This document shows, in pieces, positions 25,723-38,809 of a stretch of DNA of 64,000 nucleotides. This DNA comes from Heterodontus francisci. Taxonomy: Eukaryota. Location: contig NC_090373.1 of NCBI RefSeq assembly GCF_036365525.1, positions 135,400,098-135,464,097 of the forward strand. The letters run 5' to 3'. The notes beneath the pieces are model-generated. The model saw nothing but the letters and a program-made list of their open reading frames with translations, had not been told where the DNA came from and did not search any database. Made by a program: the position numbers and the translations under genes. The stretch's first letter is position 1. Each line of letters opens with the position of its first letter.

Positions 25723-26487
25723 TTCTCTCTCTCTGTCCCCCCTCCCTCTCCGTCCCCCCTCCCTCTCTCTCTGTCTCTATGCCCCGCTTTCTCTCTCTCT
25801 CTTTGTCCCCCCTCGCTCCCTCTCTTTGTCTCTATCACCCCACTCTCTCTCTGTGCCCCCCTCTCTTCCTCTCTCTGTGCCTCTCTCTCTCTCTGCCCCT
25901 CTCTCTCTCTCTCTGTGTCCCCCTCTCTCTCTCTATGCCCCCTCTCTCTCTCTCTGCGCCCCCCTCTTGCTCTTTCCCTGACTCCCTCTGTGGGCCCCCC
26001 CACCCAATCCCCATCCAGCTGCTGGGGCCTGGTTAACCTAGTACTGCTCCCAGATCCCAAGCCTGGGCCCTGTTGCCTCCTTAGGTGGCTCCTCCTCTTT
26101 GACAGTGGTCCAGAGCCAGGCCAGGTCCATACGCAGGCAGAGCCAGTGCTAGGCCTGGGGCTTGATCTCAAGGCCGGGAAGGCCACACTGGGAACGGAAT
26201 TCAGGCGGGAAGCGCCAGCAGACATGCAGCTCAGCCTGGGCGCCGGCATCTTACTAAATGAGCCAGAACATAAGGTACTGAGGTGTCCATCATCTTGGTA
26301 AAGGAGGACATACGCATCTCCGCCATGTCAGTAAAGGAGCTTCAGCTGTTGTTAGTCACTGAAACTTTGATGCGCTGGAAGAAGCCAATGACGGATTTCC
26401 ATTGGAAATTTCTCATCCTTGGCAGGCTGGATGGAAACCGCCGGTGGGCTAGATTCTGGCCCGCGGGCCATATGTTGGACAACCCTT

Positions 26488-26870
26488 TAACTGAGAAAAA
26501 TGCCCCAAGATACATCGGAGCATCAGACAAAGATGAATGTCAATCGATGGAAGGCGGTATTAGGAGCAGTGACAAAAGCTTCATCAAAGAAGTTGGTTTC
26601 AAGGAGGGTCTTAAAGGAGGAGAAGTAGAAGGCAGAACAATTTAAGGTGGATTCTGATTAGCTGAAGACATGACAACCAATGGTGGGGTGAATGGGGGGT
26701 GGTGCACAAGACACCAGAGTTGGAGATTTCTGGGGTTCAGGGCAAGGATATGGAGTTTATGATGGCAGCTGAAGCTGATGGGTTCAGTCTGCCCAAAACT
26801 TAACTGGAGGAAACTGTGCCTTATTCAAGATTGGCTGTTGGACAAGTAGCCCAACATTATAGAGGCAGTG
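26488..26870 (-). mobile_element. L2-type LINE 3' fragment; its tail lies at about 23548-23576, split off by the hAT element
   Basis: Joined flanks ..CTGCATTTATGTAGC|CTTTAAC..GTTGGTTTCAAGGAGGGTCTTAAAGGAGG resemble the reverse-complement L2 3' end. Confidence 0.6.
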
Positions 26871-27132
26871 GAGCAAAATAACCCTCTACTACCTCTGTGC
26901 TGTAAATGATTAGTGACAAATATGATTTTAACTTTTATGCACATGCAAAACATACCACTTACAGTTGTGTTGAGTGAATACCTATCATTCATGCGTTGTA
27001 GTCTTAATACCATTCCAAACATGAACATTTTAGTTGGCAAATTGAAATACTCTTGAGCACTTTAGTTGACAAAAGTGGAATGCTAATTGTTTAGCCTATT
27101 TACACTTGAAATACAAACCAAATGTTCAGTCA

Positions 27133-27231
27133 TGTTCCGATGAAGGGTCACTGACCTGAAACGTTAACTCTGCTTCTCTTTCCACAGATGCTGCCAGACC
27201 TGCTGAGTGGTTCCAGCATTTCTTGTTTTTA
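27133..27231 (+). mobile_element. 99-bp Penelope-terminus mini-insertion with hammerhead-like motif
   Basis: 9-bp TSD GTTCAGTCA (27124-27132, 27232-27240); GTT CCGATGA AGGGTCACTGACCT GAAA CGTT AAC. Confidence 0.8.
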
Positions 27232-28351
27232 GTTCAGTCAAAATAGTTTTCTTGATCAGTCTTAAGTTAGTTAACTAAGTTTGTAGCAACTAATTCTATG
27301 CAATACAGGTTAAAGCTTCCATCAGCAACAGTACCCATAACATTTGCAAGCTTCAGTTTTCTGATTGGTTTCTACTCTGCTCAATCAGAAGGCATTTCAC
27401 CCTTTAAATTGCTGCAGGTCTTTAATTCCTGCAGCCGGATACAATTTCTCACCAACAAAACAGGCAAGCTCCCAATCAAATACATGTAACTCACCCACAA
27501 TATATTAATGAGGCTGACCTAAGAAACTATACCGGGCAAGCGCTCACTCGGGTCTCTTAAGGTATGTTAGTATTTCTAGCTTGTAGTTGGGAAAATTCAT
27601 TGGAACATTTGTATAAATTTTACATATGAACAGTAGGGCTCCATGGTATGCACCTAAGTAACTCAAATACAAAATATTTGGGCACTCGAAGAGCAAAGAA
27701 CATTTCGACCAACCCAGTCACTTAATGTTACAGCATTGTAAACTAACTTTTTGACCAACGCTTGATTAAACGTGAATGCACCATAACTTTGGATATTGTG
27801 ATGTTAAAATAGTCAACAGCAGATGATTTAGATGATGATGAAGCCTTAATGTATGTTGCCCTCCTGAAAACTGTAAATCAAAGTCAGTCAGTCCAGATAG
27901 ATTGATATACCATTTTGTTTGCATATTTATGTTTTTCATAAATGGAAAATGCAAGTGCCATTTACAAAAGTTTTCTAATTTTGATTAGTTGTTGCAGTCC
28001 AAAATCTTGAGAACTGAAAGTACAGCACTCTATTCTTGATTAAAATTTAGTTTTAGAAATAACAATAATTCTTGGCAACACTGCATAGCAGTCACAGCAA
28101 ATTTCACAATATATTCAACACAAATTTTCAGCATTAGACAAAGTTTACATTAAAATGGTGCTATCATACAGCTGTAAGGCTTGTTTACATAGGTTACAGG
28201 AATGTACTGTAAGAACCTAACCTCTAAATCAAAATATTGCCTTTTATATGTTGATTAAAGTTAGGTGTACATAAATCTGTAAGAGTAATCATTTTAAAGT
28301 TATTTACACATATGTAAGGAGTTTCATCCATTTTGTGTAAATTAAATCTAA

Positions 28352-28445
28352 GGTTACATAGAAACAGGAGTAAGCTATTCAGCCCCTCGAGCCTGTTCCA
28401 CCACTTAATTAAATCATGGCTGATTGATACCTCAACTTCATTTAC
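28352..28445 (-). mobile_element. CR1 tail fragment
   Basis: ATAGAAACAGGAGTAAGCTATTCAGCCCCTCGAGCCTG is the reverse-complement CR1 3' UTR. Confidence 0.6.
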
Positions 28446-28639
28446 CCAAATTTGAATAAAAGACTTTTTTGTTTTCATTTTTAAAACCGCCTGTATTCCA
28501 AAGCATTTCTGAAAGTGTTTTGTGTGTGATTTTTCTTTTGCAATCAATAGAATAATAAATATATTTTCAACCTCTGGGGTATGAGAACATGGCATTCAAG
28601 GTTGATCTGTTCATTTCCAATTTTTAAGCAGAAAGTACA

Positions 28640-30000
28640 TTTATTAAAGAAGGTACATTTATTTAAAAAACAAATTTACTTTCCCAGACGTTAGTTGATG
28701 ATCTGGTACTTCAGTAAAATGACAAATCTATACAAAACTGTCAAATGGTTTTAAATTTGATGCATTTGAGGCATAGAAAAGGGAAATCATCCCATTAGCT
28801 GCCTCAGTGAAAAATTAAAAATAAATTTAAACTGTAAGAAAAAAAATGGAATGTTTGTGAAGTTTTGATGCTCTTGTTAAATACCATTGCCAGAACAATG
28901 AAACAGCTTGCTGTAATTAGTAATGACAAATAGGAGTTTAATACAAAGGATGTTTGTGCTTAATTATCAAAACAGTAAAAGTATGGCAATGGGTGCAATG
29001 TTAAGGCTTTATAGGAACATACCAGTGTACTACAATTAAAACAGCTATTTACATTTGTTCTATGATTCTAATTTTTGGTTTCTTTTAATACCAATGGTAT
29101 TTATTCTTCACAGTGAGACTTTTTTCAACACAGAATTCTAAAGGTACCGATCTTTTGTTGTTTGTTATCTCTAGTGTCTGAGAGAAAAAGAAGAACTGAG
29201 ACAGAATGAAACATGGAATTGTGTATGTCTTCTAACTAATCATATTTACATTTCTACATCTTAATTTTATTTTTCATAACTATACATGAAAAAAATCTAA
29301 ACATGTACTCAGGTATGCAATCCAGTTCTGAATGCCACATCTGCTTTCTGATGCAAAAGGTACAAAAATGAAAAAGGTTGGTTGTCATTCCAAAAAAAAG
29401 ATTATTCTCAGTGCACGCTCAAAATCCCATGGATTCTGAGCTCAGTCAAAGCTGGTTTTAGCAATGGTTTATCATGGTGCAGCCCAGCTGCAAAGCAGTT
29501 GAATATTATGTTCTTCAGCAGTCATCAGTTATAGCCAAAGCTACATTGCTGAATAGGTTTTGACACTGCACCACAATGAAGTAAAGCTGACCTCCTCTCA
29601 GTGGCTCTTCCATCCCCATTCAGTAACATTTTGAGCCCACATTGTTCCCTACCCAGCAGTATAACCTTAACCTTTGAACACGATGCTTGATAATTTGGAA
29701 TTGGAATCTTGCTTCTGGTGCAATTCAAATCTCAAGTCTTTTCCTTTTTTAAACAAATGTAGTTAGAGGATTGCTGAGGTAATATGTGGAGCACATTTTC
29801 AAAACTGAAGACAGATGAAGGAACTCGGACAGGCAATCACTTTCAATCGTATCAAATTGTTCTCTTCCTTCCTCTTTTCTCTGGGGAAATTTCCTTCCAG
29901 TCCCTTTTAAGATTTTCTCATCTCACTCAAAAGCAAATTTTGAAAAAGTATGTGAGAAGAATAATGGCATTATTTGACTGGATCATCTAACTGGATTAGC
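28640..30000 (-). other. PDE7B: Probable PDE7B 3' UTR with candidate polyadenylation signals
   Basis: AT-rich, TE-poor sequence downstream of the stop; minus-strand AATAAA at 29266-29271, 29100-29105 and 28640-28645. The true end cannot be determined from sequence alone. Confidence 0.5.
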
Positions 30001-30209
30001 TTATTGGTGTTCAATTTCTTGACAAGTTCTGCTTTTTTCCTCATTCATTTGGGTTGAATTGTCCTCACTGCTATGTTGTTTGAGAAGCAGTCCTCGCCAC
30101 CTTGCCTTGTTCTTTCGCAGATGGCTCATCATTGTGATGGTCAAAGGAGTGTTCTCAGTAAAACGAGACCATTCCACAAACAGGGGTTCAACAATGTAAC
30201 TCATAAAAC
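30001..30209 (-). CDS. PDE7B: PDE7B terminal coding exon: (G)FMSYIVEPLFVEWSRFTENTPLTITMMSHLRKNKARWRGLLLKQHSSEDNSTQMNEEKSRTCQEIEHQ*
   Basis: 209 nt to TAA at 30001-30003; acceptor ccttactttag; GFMSYIVEPLF..W and NK..W match the end of the PDE7 catalytic domain. Confidence 0.95.
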
Positions 30210-31950
30210 CTAAAGTAAGGAGTAATAAGATCAAATAATTTTTTTCTACAAATGGAAGTGTAGCCATTGAGAAGTTAGACAGTGTTAAAATGCTTGCAGT
30301 TTCTCCTACAAATATGCAATATAATGAAGCATTAACATGCTATGTTAATTAGTGGCAAAGTTACAATTAGCTTGGTCAATACCAGATCAGTTCTCAAGCT
30401 GTCACTCACCTACAAAACACCAGCTCATCAACTGTCCTGAAATTAGACGAGTCTTACTGCTTCTCTTCTTGACCCAACTGCTAAATATATGCACTCTGCT
30501 GCTTCTTCAAGGCAGTTTTTGGCTGGCTATAACTGGCTCAGGGACTTGCAAAACTACTAACCTGCCTAATCTGCTTATAGATCTTCTGTGTTCTTGAATG
30601 CAGTGAAATTATTTTACATTAATTTCTCAATAATATTCTAAAATATGAAATGTCAATAAAACAAGTTCCAAAAACAGATTAGGCAAATGGATCTCACTGA
30701 ATCTCTTGTCCTCTCACAAAAGAGGAATGAGGCAACATTGTTCAGTCACCCATTGCATCTGATGTTTTTTTAAAAATACTGCACTGGATTGCATTGTAAA
30801 GGATGGTTTTGAAATGGTTGATCTGGAAATTTCAAAGAACTATGATGCACCTCTTTGCAGCTGGTATTGAGTTATTGGTGGACTCACTTGGGAATCTCAC
30901 GCACCCTGTCTATCAACTTGAATAATGGGTTTCGCAGTGTGATATAGGAGGTATCTCACGTGAAGTATTACGGCTTTGCATGACTAAAAGGGATCCCCAA
31001 AAATACTGATTGAAAAATACAAAAGGCATCAGTTCCAATTGTTGGGTGTCTTGGTAAATGTCAATTACAGCCTTGAAACAATCCTTCAGGACTGTCATGA
31101 GGAGGAGGAAAAAAGCGACTTCAGTCTTTCCTATCTCTCTTCAATCATGGAAAATTCACAACGCAAGTTAAGGCTGTGGCATACACATCATTGCGCCAAT
31201 TTATTCCCTTTCACGGTTAAAAAATCCTAAGCATGTAAAGGACTTCCTCTGGCTCACTTGCAAGATCCAGAACCAAGCTTTGAGGTGCATTTACGCTAAA
31301 AAGGGAAAACAGTTGCAAGGAGAGGGTGCTCTGGCTATACTGAGTCACCCTCATAGCAATATCTCTCTGCCAAAGCTGGCATACGAGGACCTGGATTAAA
31401 CATTAGGTGCTGAGTAACCCTAGTATGTAGCATTGGACTTTGTTTAAACAGCAAGGTCGCTGGCAAGTTGTTCTACATGGGTTCTTCCAAAATGCTCAAG
31501 GCAGATTTCTATCGTACAGGTGACAAGGAAACTTAGATTTAGGACATTTGTCATTCCTACTCTCCTGGGTCCAAGCTCATCTGTCGCCTTGTTTAGTTTT
31601 GCTATGGAATTACATCTCTCCTCTTATCGCTGCAGAATGCCCTTGTGTACTCCCCATCCTATGCATTCCTGCTCTCTGTCTCAGGCTCTTATCTCACCTG
31701 AACAAGTGTGTAGCCTTCCTCTGCTTCAAGCTGGTATCCATAGCCACATCCACAATGGTTCAAGCTGCTGGTTCCCTTCAAACAGCCATCAGGTACCTCA
31801 TCATCCTTTTCAGGGTCTTAATCATCTTTGCTTATAAAGAGTCAAAAAAACCCACCTTCAACCTGAAATTATCTCTTACCTGTCCTTTCCCTTCTAGCTT
31901 CACCACAAATAGAAATTTGTTCATAGCATCAATGCATTTTTTTTATTTAC

Positions 31951-32031
31951 CTATTTGTATGCTGGGAATGGTGTCTTTCTGTTGATTGCACAGTGGACTA
32001 ACTTCAAACTGAAACCGTTGCTCTAGGTCAC
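31951..32031 (-). CDS. PDE7B: PDE7B coding exon: (G)DLEQRFQFEVSPLCNQQKDTIPSIQI
   Basis: 81 nt; acceptor tttggtttgcag, donor ATAG|gtaaat; contains the invariant substrate-binding Gln (SIQIGF); phase 1/1. Confidence 0.95.
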
Positions 32032-32269
32032 CTGCAAACCAAATAAATAACAGCAGATTTGAGAGAGATGGTGAATTCTAACCACTAGAAACTTTAAAGG
32101 ATGGGCACAATTTCGAAGATGCAAATGCAGGAATTTGGAATGGGAATATGAAAGTGATCACTGCTTTGAAATCATCTTAGGGTATATATTTGATTACCTC
32201 GGGAGGGGTAAGTGGAGAAGATGGAAAAAATTAATTTTAAAAATCCGTTTGTTGAAAACATCTACCATC

Positions 32270-34830
32270 ACATAAGAAATAGGAGCAGTAGACCATTCGG
32301 CCCCTCGAGCCTGTTCCGTCTTTCAAATCTCCTACCTCGACTTCTTTCCTATCCGTTCCCCATATCCATTGATTCCGAGACATCAAAAATCTACTGGTCT
32401 CAGACTTAAATGTACTTGATGATGGAGCATCCACAACCCTCTCAGGTAGACAATTCCAAAGATTCACAACTTTCTGGGTGAAGTAATTTCTTCTTATCTT
32501 CAGTTCTAAATGATCAACCCCTTATCCCGAGGCTGTGTTCTAGATTCCCCAGCCAGGGGAAACAACCTCTCAGTGTCTACCCTGTCAAGCCCCTTCAGAA
32601 TCTTGTATGTTTCAATAAAGTTACCTCTAATATTTCCTAACTCCAGAGAGCATAGGCTCAATTTACTCAGCCTCATCATAGGACAACCCTCTCATCCCAG
32701 GAACCAATCTACTGAACCTTCACTGTACCGCCTCCAAGGCAAGTATATCCTTGCTTAGATATGGAGACCAAAACGGCACACAGTACTCCAGATGTGGTCC
32801 CACCAAAGTCCTATACAATTTACTCTGCAATAAAGGTCAATGTGCCATTTTGCTTCCTAATTGCTTGCTGTAGCTGCATACTAACTTTGTGTTCCTTTCA
32901 CGAGTACATCCAAGTCTCTCTCAACATCTACATTTAAAGATTTCACACCTTTTTCAAGAATATTGTTTCTCTATTACTACCAAAGTGAATGACCTTGTTG
33001 TCCAATCACTTAACCTGCCTATATCTCATTGCAGCTTCTTTGTGTGCTCCTCACAGATTCCCACCTAACTTTGTATCATCAGCAAACTTAGATACAGTAT
33101 AGGATAATAGGAAACAGGAGCAGGAGTAGGCCATTTAGCCCATTGAGCCTGCTCTGCCATTCAAACAGATCATGGCTGATCATCTACCTCTACGCCATTT
33201 TCCCCAATATCCCCATATCTCTTGATATCATTAGTATTCAGAAATCTATCAATTTCTGTCTTGAGCATGCTCAATGATTGAGCTTCCACAGCCCACTGGG
33301 GTAGAGAATTCCACAGATTCACCACCCTCTGAGTTAAGAAATTCCTCCTCATCTCTGTCTTAAATGGCCTGCCCTTATTCTGAGACTGTTTCCCTTTGTT
33401 CTGCCAGAGGAAACATCCTATCTACATCCACCCTGTCATGCCCTGTAAGAATTTTGTAAGTTTCAGTGAGATCATCTCTCATTCTTTGAAACTCAAACTC
33501 TCCTTATAAGACAATCCCTTAGATAAGAAGACCAAAACTGTACACAATACTCCAGGTGTGGTCTCACCAATGCTTTATACAATTGAAGCAATTCATCCTG
33601 TGCTCAAATCACCTTGCAATGAAGGCCAACAAAGCATTTGCCTTCTTAATTGCTTGCTGCACCTGTATATTAGCTTTTAGTGACTGATGAACAACACCCA
33701 GGTCTCTTTGGGCATCAACATTTCCTAACCTCTCACTATTTAAGAAATATTCTTGCCATTTTTTTTCTACCAAAGTGGATCACTTAACACTTATTCACAT
33801 TATATTCCACATATCATGTTCTTGCCCATTTACTTAGCCTGTCCAAATCCCCTTGAAGCCTCCTTACAACTTACATTCCCTCCTAGTTTTGTGTCATCTG
33901 CAAATTTGGAAATATTACAATTGGTCCCCATATCCAAGTCATTTATATATATTGTAAACAGCTGTGGCCCAAGCACTGATCCTTGCAGTACCCCACTAGT
34001 AACAGCCTACCATTCTGAGTGACCTTTTTATTCCTCCTCTCTGCTTTCTGTCTATTAACCAATTCTCAATCTCATGCACTCTAATTTTGTTTACTAATCT
34101 TCTGTGTGGGACCTTATCAAAAGCCTTCTGAAAATCCAAATACACCACATCCACTGGTTCTCCTTTATCTATGGTACAAGTAACATCCTCAAAAAACTCC
34201 AACAGGTTTGTCAATCATGATTTCCCTTTCACATATCCATGTTGACTCTGCCCAATTAACTCATCCTTTATAATAGATTCCAATATTGTCCCTACTACTG
34301 ACGTCAAACTAACACGTCTGTAGTTCTCCGTTTTCTCTTGCTCCCTTCTTAAATAGTGGGGTTACATTTGCTACTTTCCAGTCTGCAGGAACCCTTCCAG
34401 AATCTATAGAATTTTGAATGATAACTACCAATGCATCTGCTATCTCTATAGCCACCCTCTTCAATACTCTGGGATGTAGCTCATCTGGTCCAGTGGGATT
34501 TATCAACTTTCAATCCAATTAATTTTTCGAGTACTACCTCTTTATTGATACTAATTACTTACAGTTCCTCATTTTTACAAATCTCTTGGTTCCATAGTAT
34601 TTCTGGGAGATTTTGTGTCTTCCTCCGTGAAGACAGACACAAAGTAATCATTGTTTAGTCCCTCTGTCATTTCTTCATTCTTCACTACAAATTCTCCTGT
34701 CTCCACCTGCAATGGACCCACATTCGTTCTTGCTAATCGTTTCCTTTTCAGATATCTAAAGAAGCTTTTACAGTCCATCTTTATGTTTCTATCTAGCTTA
34801 GATTCATCATCTCTTTTCCTTTTCTTTAGC
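32270..34830 (-). mobile_element. Two consecutive decayed CR1 copies (about 32270-33097 and 33100-34830) in a PDE7B intron
   Basis: GPDELHPRVLK, WKVANVTPLFKKG, YLDFQKAFDKV, FLTQRVVNLWNSLP; two separate 3' tails. Confidence 0.88.
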
Positions 34831-34839
34831 CCCATCAAT

Positions 34840-35156
34840 TGCACCTTCCAAACATGTGACCTCTACCACCTAGGACAAGGACAGCAGATGCATGGGAACA
34901 CCACCACCTGCAAGTTCCCCTCCAAGTCACACACCATCCTGACTTGGACCTATATCGTCCTTTGTTCACTGACGCTAGTTCATAATCCTGTAACTCCCTT
35001 CCTAACAGCACTGTTGGTGTACCTACACCACAAGGACTGCAGAGATTCAAGAAGATGGCTCACCACCATCTTCTCAAGAGCAATTAGGGATGGGCAACAA
35101 ATGCCAGCCTTGTTAGCGACACCCACATCCCAGGAACAAATAATTTAAAAAAAAAG
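34840..35156 (+). mobile_element. 3' tail of the LINE family seen at 38810 and 43385
   Basis: GGAACACCACCACCTGCAAGTTCCCC...GCAATTAGGGATGGGCAACAAATGC plus A-rich end. Confidence 0.75.
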
Positions 35157-35639
35157 TACTTTGAATTTCACCCATCTGGACGCAAGTCAATTATGATTCT
35201 TTTTGAGCAATACACTCAAATATAAGGGCAATTTATTTCAATTAAGCAAATAATAGGAAACATGAATTTAATTTCCCCAGGCAATTAATCAGGCCCAGAA
35301 CTCATTACTGACTATCAGGTTTTCTCGTTATTGTTATTTAAATACTTGTTACTCCAGTTAGTGGTGGCACTTATGTACAAGTGGACTTTTTATTTGAGAG
35401 TCTAAGCAAGCTCTGTATCTCCACCAATGCTGTTCTAAATCAAAACTATGGAGGTGTACAAAAAACCTGGGAATGACTTATTCTTCCCTTCTTCATAGTG
35501 TGTGCTCAGTGTCTTCCATATCACAATGGCTGAGATCAGGAACTCATGGGTGAGGGGTAGAGGGAGAGAAACTTGAATCTGTGTCCTATTACTTACTTGG
35601 AGTACTAATGTGGTAAAGTTTTTATAATGCATGAGTTAG

Positions 35640-36060
35640 ATCTGGAGTTCTCTATTCACTTTTGGTCGCTATTGTATAAACAACATGTACATGTATTGAA
35701 GAGGGTGCAGAGAAAAGCAACCAAACTGATCCAAAGCTTCAAGGGGTTAGTTTGCAAGGAAATAATAGATTGGAAGCTCTATGAAGAGTAACTAATAATC
35801 ATTGACTAATATAGAATATTGAATGGTATTAAAATGTTAAACCCAGAATTTTATTTCAAAGTAGAGTTAGGCTGGTAGGACAGCAGCATATATTACAGAA
35901 ATAATTTCTTTACTCAGATGGTAAATGGATCGAATGATGTACTAGGCACAGAGAGAGAGAGACATAGACATTCAAAATGCAGTTGGATCTTAGGCTGGCT
36001 TAATTAAGAATAATAGAGGTGAGTTTTGATGGGCTGAATGGCATTTTCTTGTCCCTATGC
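35640..36060 (+). mobile_element. Old CR1 3' fragment
   Basis: Degenerate LEFSIHFWS, LKRVQRKATKLI, FFTQ and CR1 tail. Confidence 0.55.
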
Positions 36061-36791
36061 TCCACATGGCAATGCTATTGGGTTTTTTAAAAAACTCAGT
36101 GTACTATGGATGAGTTATCTTGCCTGGCTACAATAGTTTTATTAGTGCTACTGATGCGTTAACTTGACCAGTAGCTGGAGGGTTCCATCAAATCTGAGGC
36201 CAATTTTTTCAATGTTGCTTTCACCTCAAACATAGAGTGGAAACAGGACTCTCGGAAAGAAAGGAGTCAAAGATTGAACTGGTTGTACCTGTTAGGATAG
36301 AACATGAACAGGAGAGGGAAATAAATCAACTTTCATTCATCCTTAAGGCAGCAGTGACAGATTATTATTTTATTTCTGAAGGATCTTAATATAAATAAAC
36401 TATGTCTAAAAGTGTCTTTAAGTAAGTTCCAAGGTAAATAAATCCAGGAGCTATTGCCAACAAAGCTGAAAAATAAGGCTCATACTTTTTAATACATTTG
36501 TACATTTCTTTTGTGTGAATTTCTAAATCTTGAGTTTGTTTTTGTTTCCTCTAGAAAAATTGAAATAATATAATCTGTAACTGAACCATCCATCATACTG
36601 GATGTGGTTATTTCCTTTCTGTTTGCTAGTTTTTCTTCCTGTTTTTAACATCTCATTACCATTGGTTTAATTGGAATTTTAAAAAATGCAACACACCCTC
36701 TTGGGCCACTTATAATGACATGGGGTGTCTATGCTCTAGGCAAGGATCGTTTACTTGGAAGTCAAACAGAGTTCAGTGCGGCCCCACTAAC

Positions 36792-36888
36792 CTTGCCTGT
36801 AGAATTCCTCACAGACTTTCTCACTCCATTGCTTGCTCATATTCCAGACTCGACAAGGATTACAGATGTCTGCGCACTTTAGTGCTAT
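36792..36888 (-). CDS. PDE7B: PDE7B coding exon: [32 protein letters not shown]
   Basis: 97 nt; acceptor tttttttcag, donor CAAG|gttagt; KCADIxNP and EEFYxQG motifs; phase 0/1. Confidence 0.96.
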
Positions 36889-38809
36889 CTGAAAAAAATT
36901 CAGAAACAACCTAATGAAACAGCAACTTAAGATTTTTGGAGTTTTTTTTCAAAGCAAACTGCCACAAAGTTACACAGGTAATATTCTTGTAAACTGCAGG
37001 TTAATTAATTAATTACAAACCATCTAAATCCATGAAACAAATTACCACTTTTTAAGGAAAAGTCACAAATCATATCTGAAGTGAATATAGCATAATGCAT
37101 GCCCGTAGTGTTAAACGTACATGGAAGATCATTCTTCACTGCTGCATAATTTTTCTTAGGTCTTTATAATAACTTACAGTAGCTCTGCAAAACCACACAA
37201 ACATCCATTTCAGGCAGTTTAGCATAGTATGGAGTGGACATGATAGGGTGATCCTCTCTATTATAGTTCATCTGCTTTCACAGAAAATGGATTCCTCTCT
37301 CTTCTCTGGTCTCTTAGAGATCAGTCTTAGATGTGATCTCCCTTATTTTCAAAATCTCGAAGTAATAGTTAATACTCTGTGGAGACTGTAGAAAGGAACA
37401 AGGAAAACTGAATTGCAATCTGTCTTAGAGAGTTGCAAAAACAATCCCCTTTAATGAGGTGGAAACACTATTGGGTGCTTCCCTATACCGATATCAACCA
37501 AATGGAGGCACTCTATACCGGGTGCCTGAAATGGATGCTTGTAGAGCTACATGGAGAAGCCCTTCATTTAAATATAATTAGAAAACAAAAGTCAAATTTA
37601 TTATTATGAGACCACAGAAGGATTATATAGGCAAGTGCCCATCAACAGTAGTAGTTACCCATGGGAAAGCGAGGCACACAGCAAGCATTCTGGAAAGCTA
37701 AAAGGGTTAATCTTCACATCCTGAAAAAGCCTAGATATAAAAATTCATACATCCTACTATTACCAGATGCTCCAGTTTGAACAGGAAGTTATTGAAAACT
37801 ACAAACTCACTGACTAATTAATGTGCTATGTCATTGCATAGGTAAGGTTAACAAGTTGAGAAGAGCCTTTGCCACGGCTGCTGGGCCCACTGAAAAACCC
37901 CTTCAAAGCAGAGGAGTACCTCAGCCTGAATGTCGCAGTGTTTGCTGTTCCTCAACTGCAGCTCTACCTTTAATGAAAGTATGCCATACAGCTTAGGCAT
38001 AATGAACAAGTGTGAGCAAAAGGGCACTGGCTCCAATATTATATATTCAGCTGCCATTGATTTGTTGGTCAAATCTAATAATATAGTCATTGTTGGCCAG
38101 GTTGTACCCCATGTGCAGTTTCAAAACTGCATCATGGTCAAAAAACGCGATTTTCAGTTCAAGGCCCCCTAAAAAAGGGCGCAAGCTGGGGCTTCAGTAC
38201 AGTCATTTTCATTGTATCAGGTAGGGAGGCAGATTATTTCCGAGGAATTGCGACCATCTGCCATAATTACTGGCCTCCCCCATCAGGCAGGCACCTTCCG
38301 ACAATATTAAATACAAAGTGACTCCTGACAATGTAGCGGCCTGCTGACGTAAAGTAAGGTCACAGCCACTTGGCACTGCATAATCTGCTGGGATCAGGAG
38401 AGGTCACCAGTGGGCATATTCTGCCACTTACACCCCTGCCATATTTTCCACAATGCCTCGTTTTGAGGCAGCTTAAAATGGTCTGATCTCACATCCCCAC
38501 GTATAGCAGAATATCCCACTGTTTTTCTCCTCTCTAACTCCAAGCTGCGTTACCACACCCAGAAGTGAAAACCATTTGGATCCAGTTAAAAATTTCAAAT
38601 GTTGTAACTGGTCTCAACTAATGTGAATTGGAGTCAACTGGGATGATTGTGGCCTCACCTGATTTCAACTGGAGCCAGTCGGGATAACTGGCAAGTATAA
38701 CTGGAAGCTTGCTGGGATTCCAGTTGCAGCAGCATTTTCCAGCTGACTTAAACTGGAATCAGTTCAACTTCACTGGTACCAGTTGGAGTAGGCCAGGATT
38801 TTAAGGGAA

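Larger units (their letters stand above)
23577..26487 (-). mobile_element. Non-autonomous hAT (Charlie/SPIN-like) DNA transposon carrying nested CR1 and solo LTR
   Basis: Termini CAGGGGAGGCCAACC and ..GGCCCGCGGGCCATATGTTGGACAACCCT; transposase C-terminal remnant SRSFLTDGHLARILRIATS..KQKQGQVSH* at ~23788-23905; CT-rich interior. Confidence 0.75.

Noticed and set aside
25632-26301. Several long overlapping ORFs (up to 203 aa)
   Set aside because: They arise from CT/GA low-complexity and GC-rich MITE interior sequence that lacks stop codons.
38555-38795. Possible CRISPR-like repeat-spacer array
   Set aside because: Repeats are only 6 nt, in mixed orientation with short spacers, in a eukaryotic intron with no cas genes.
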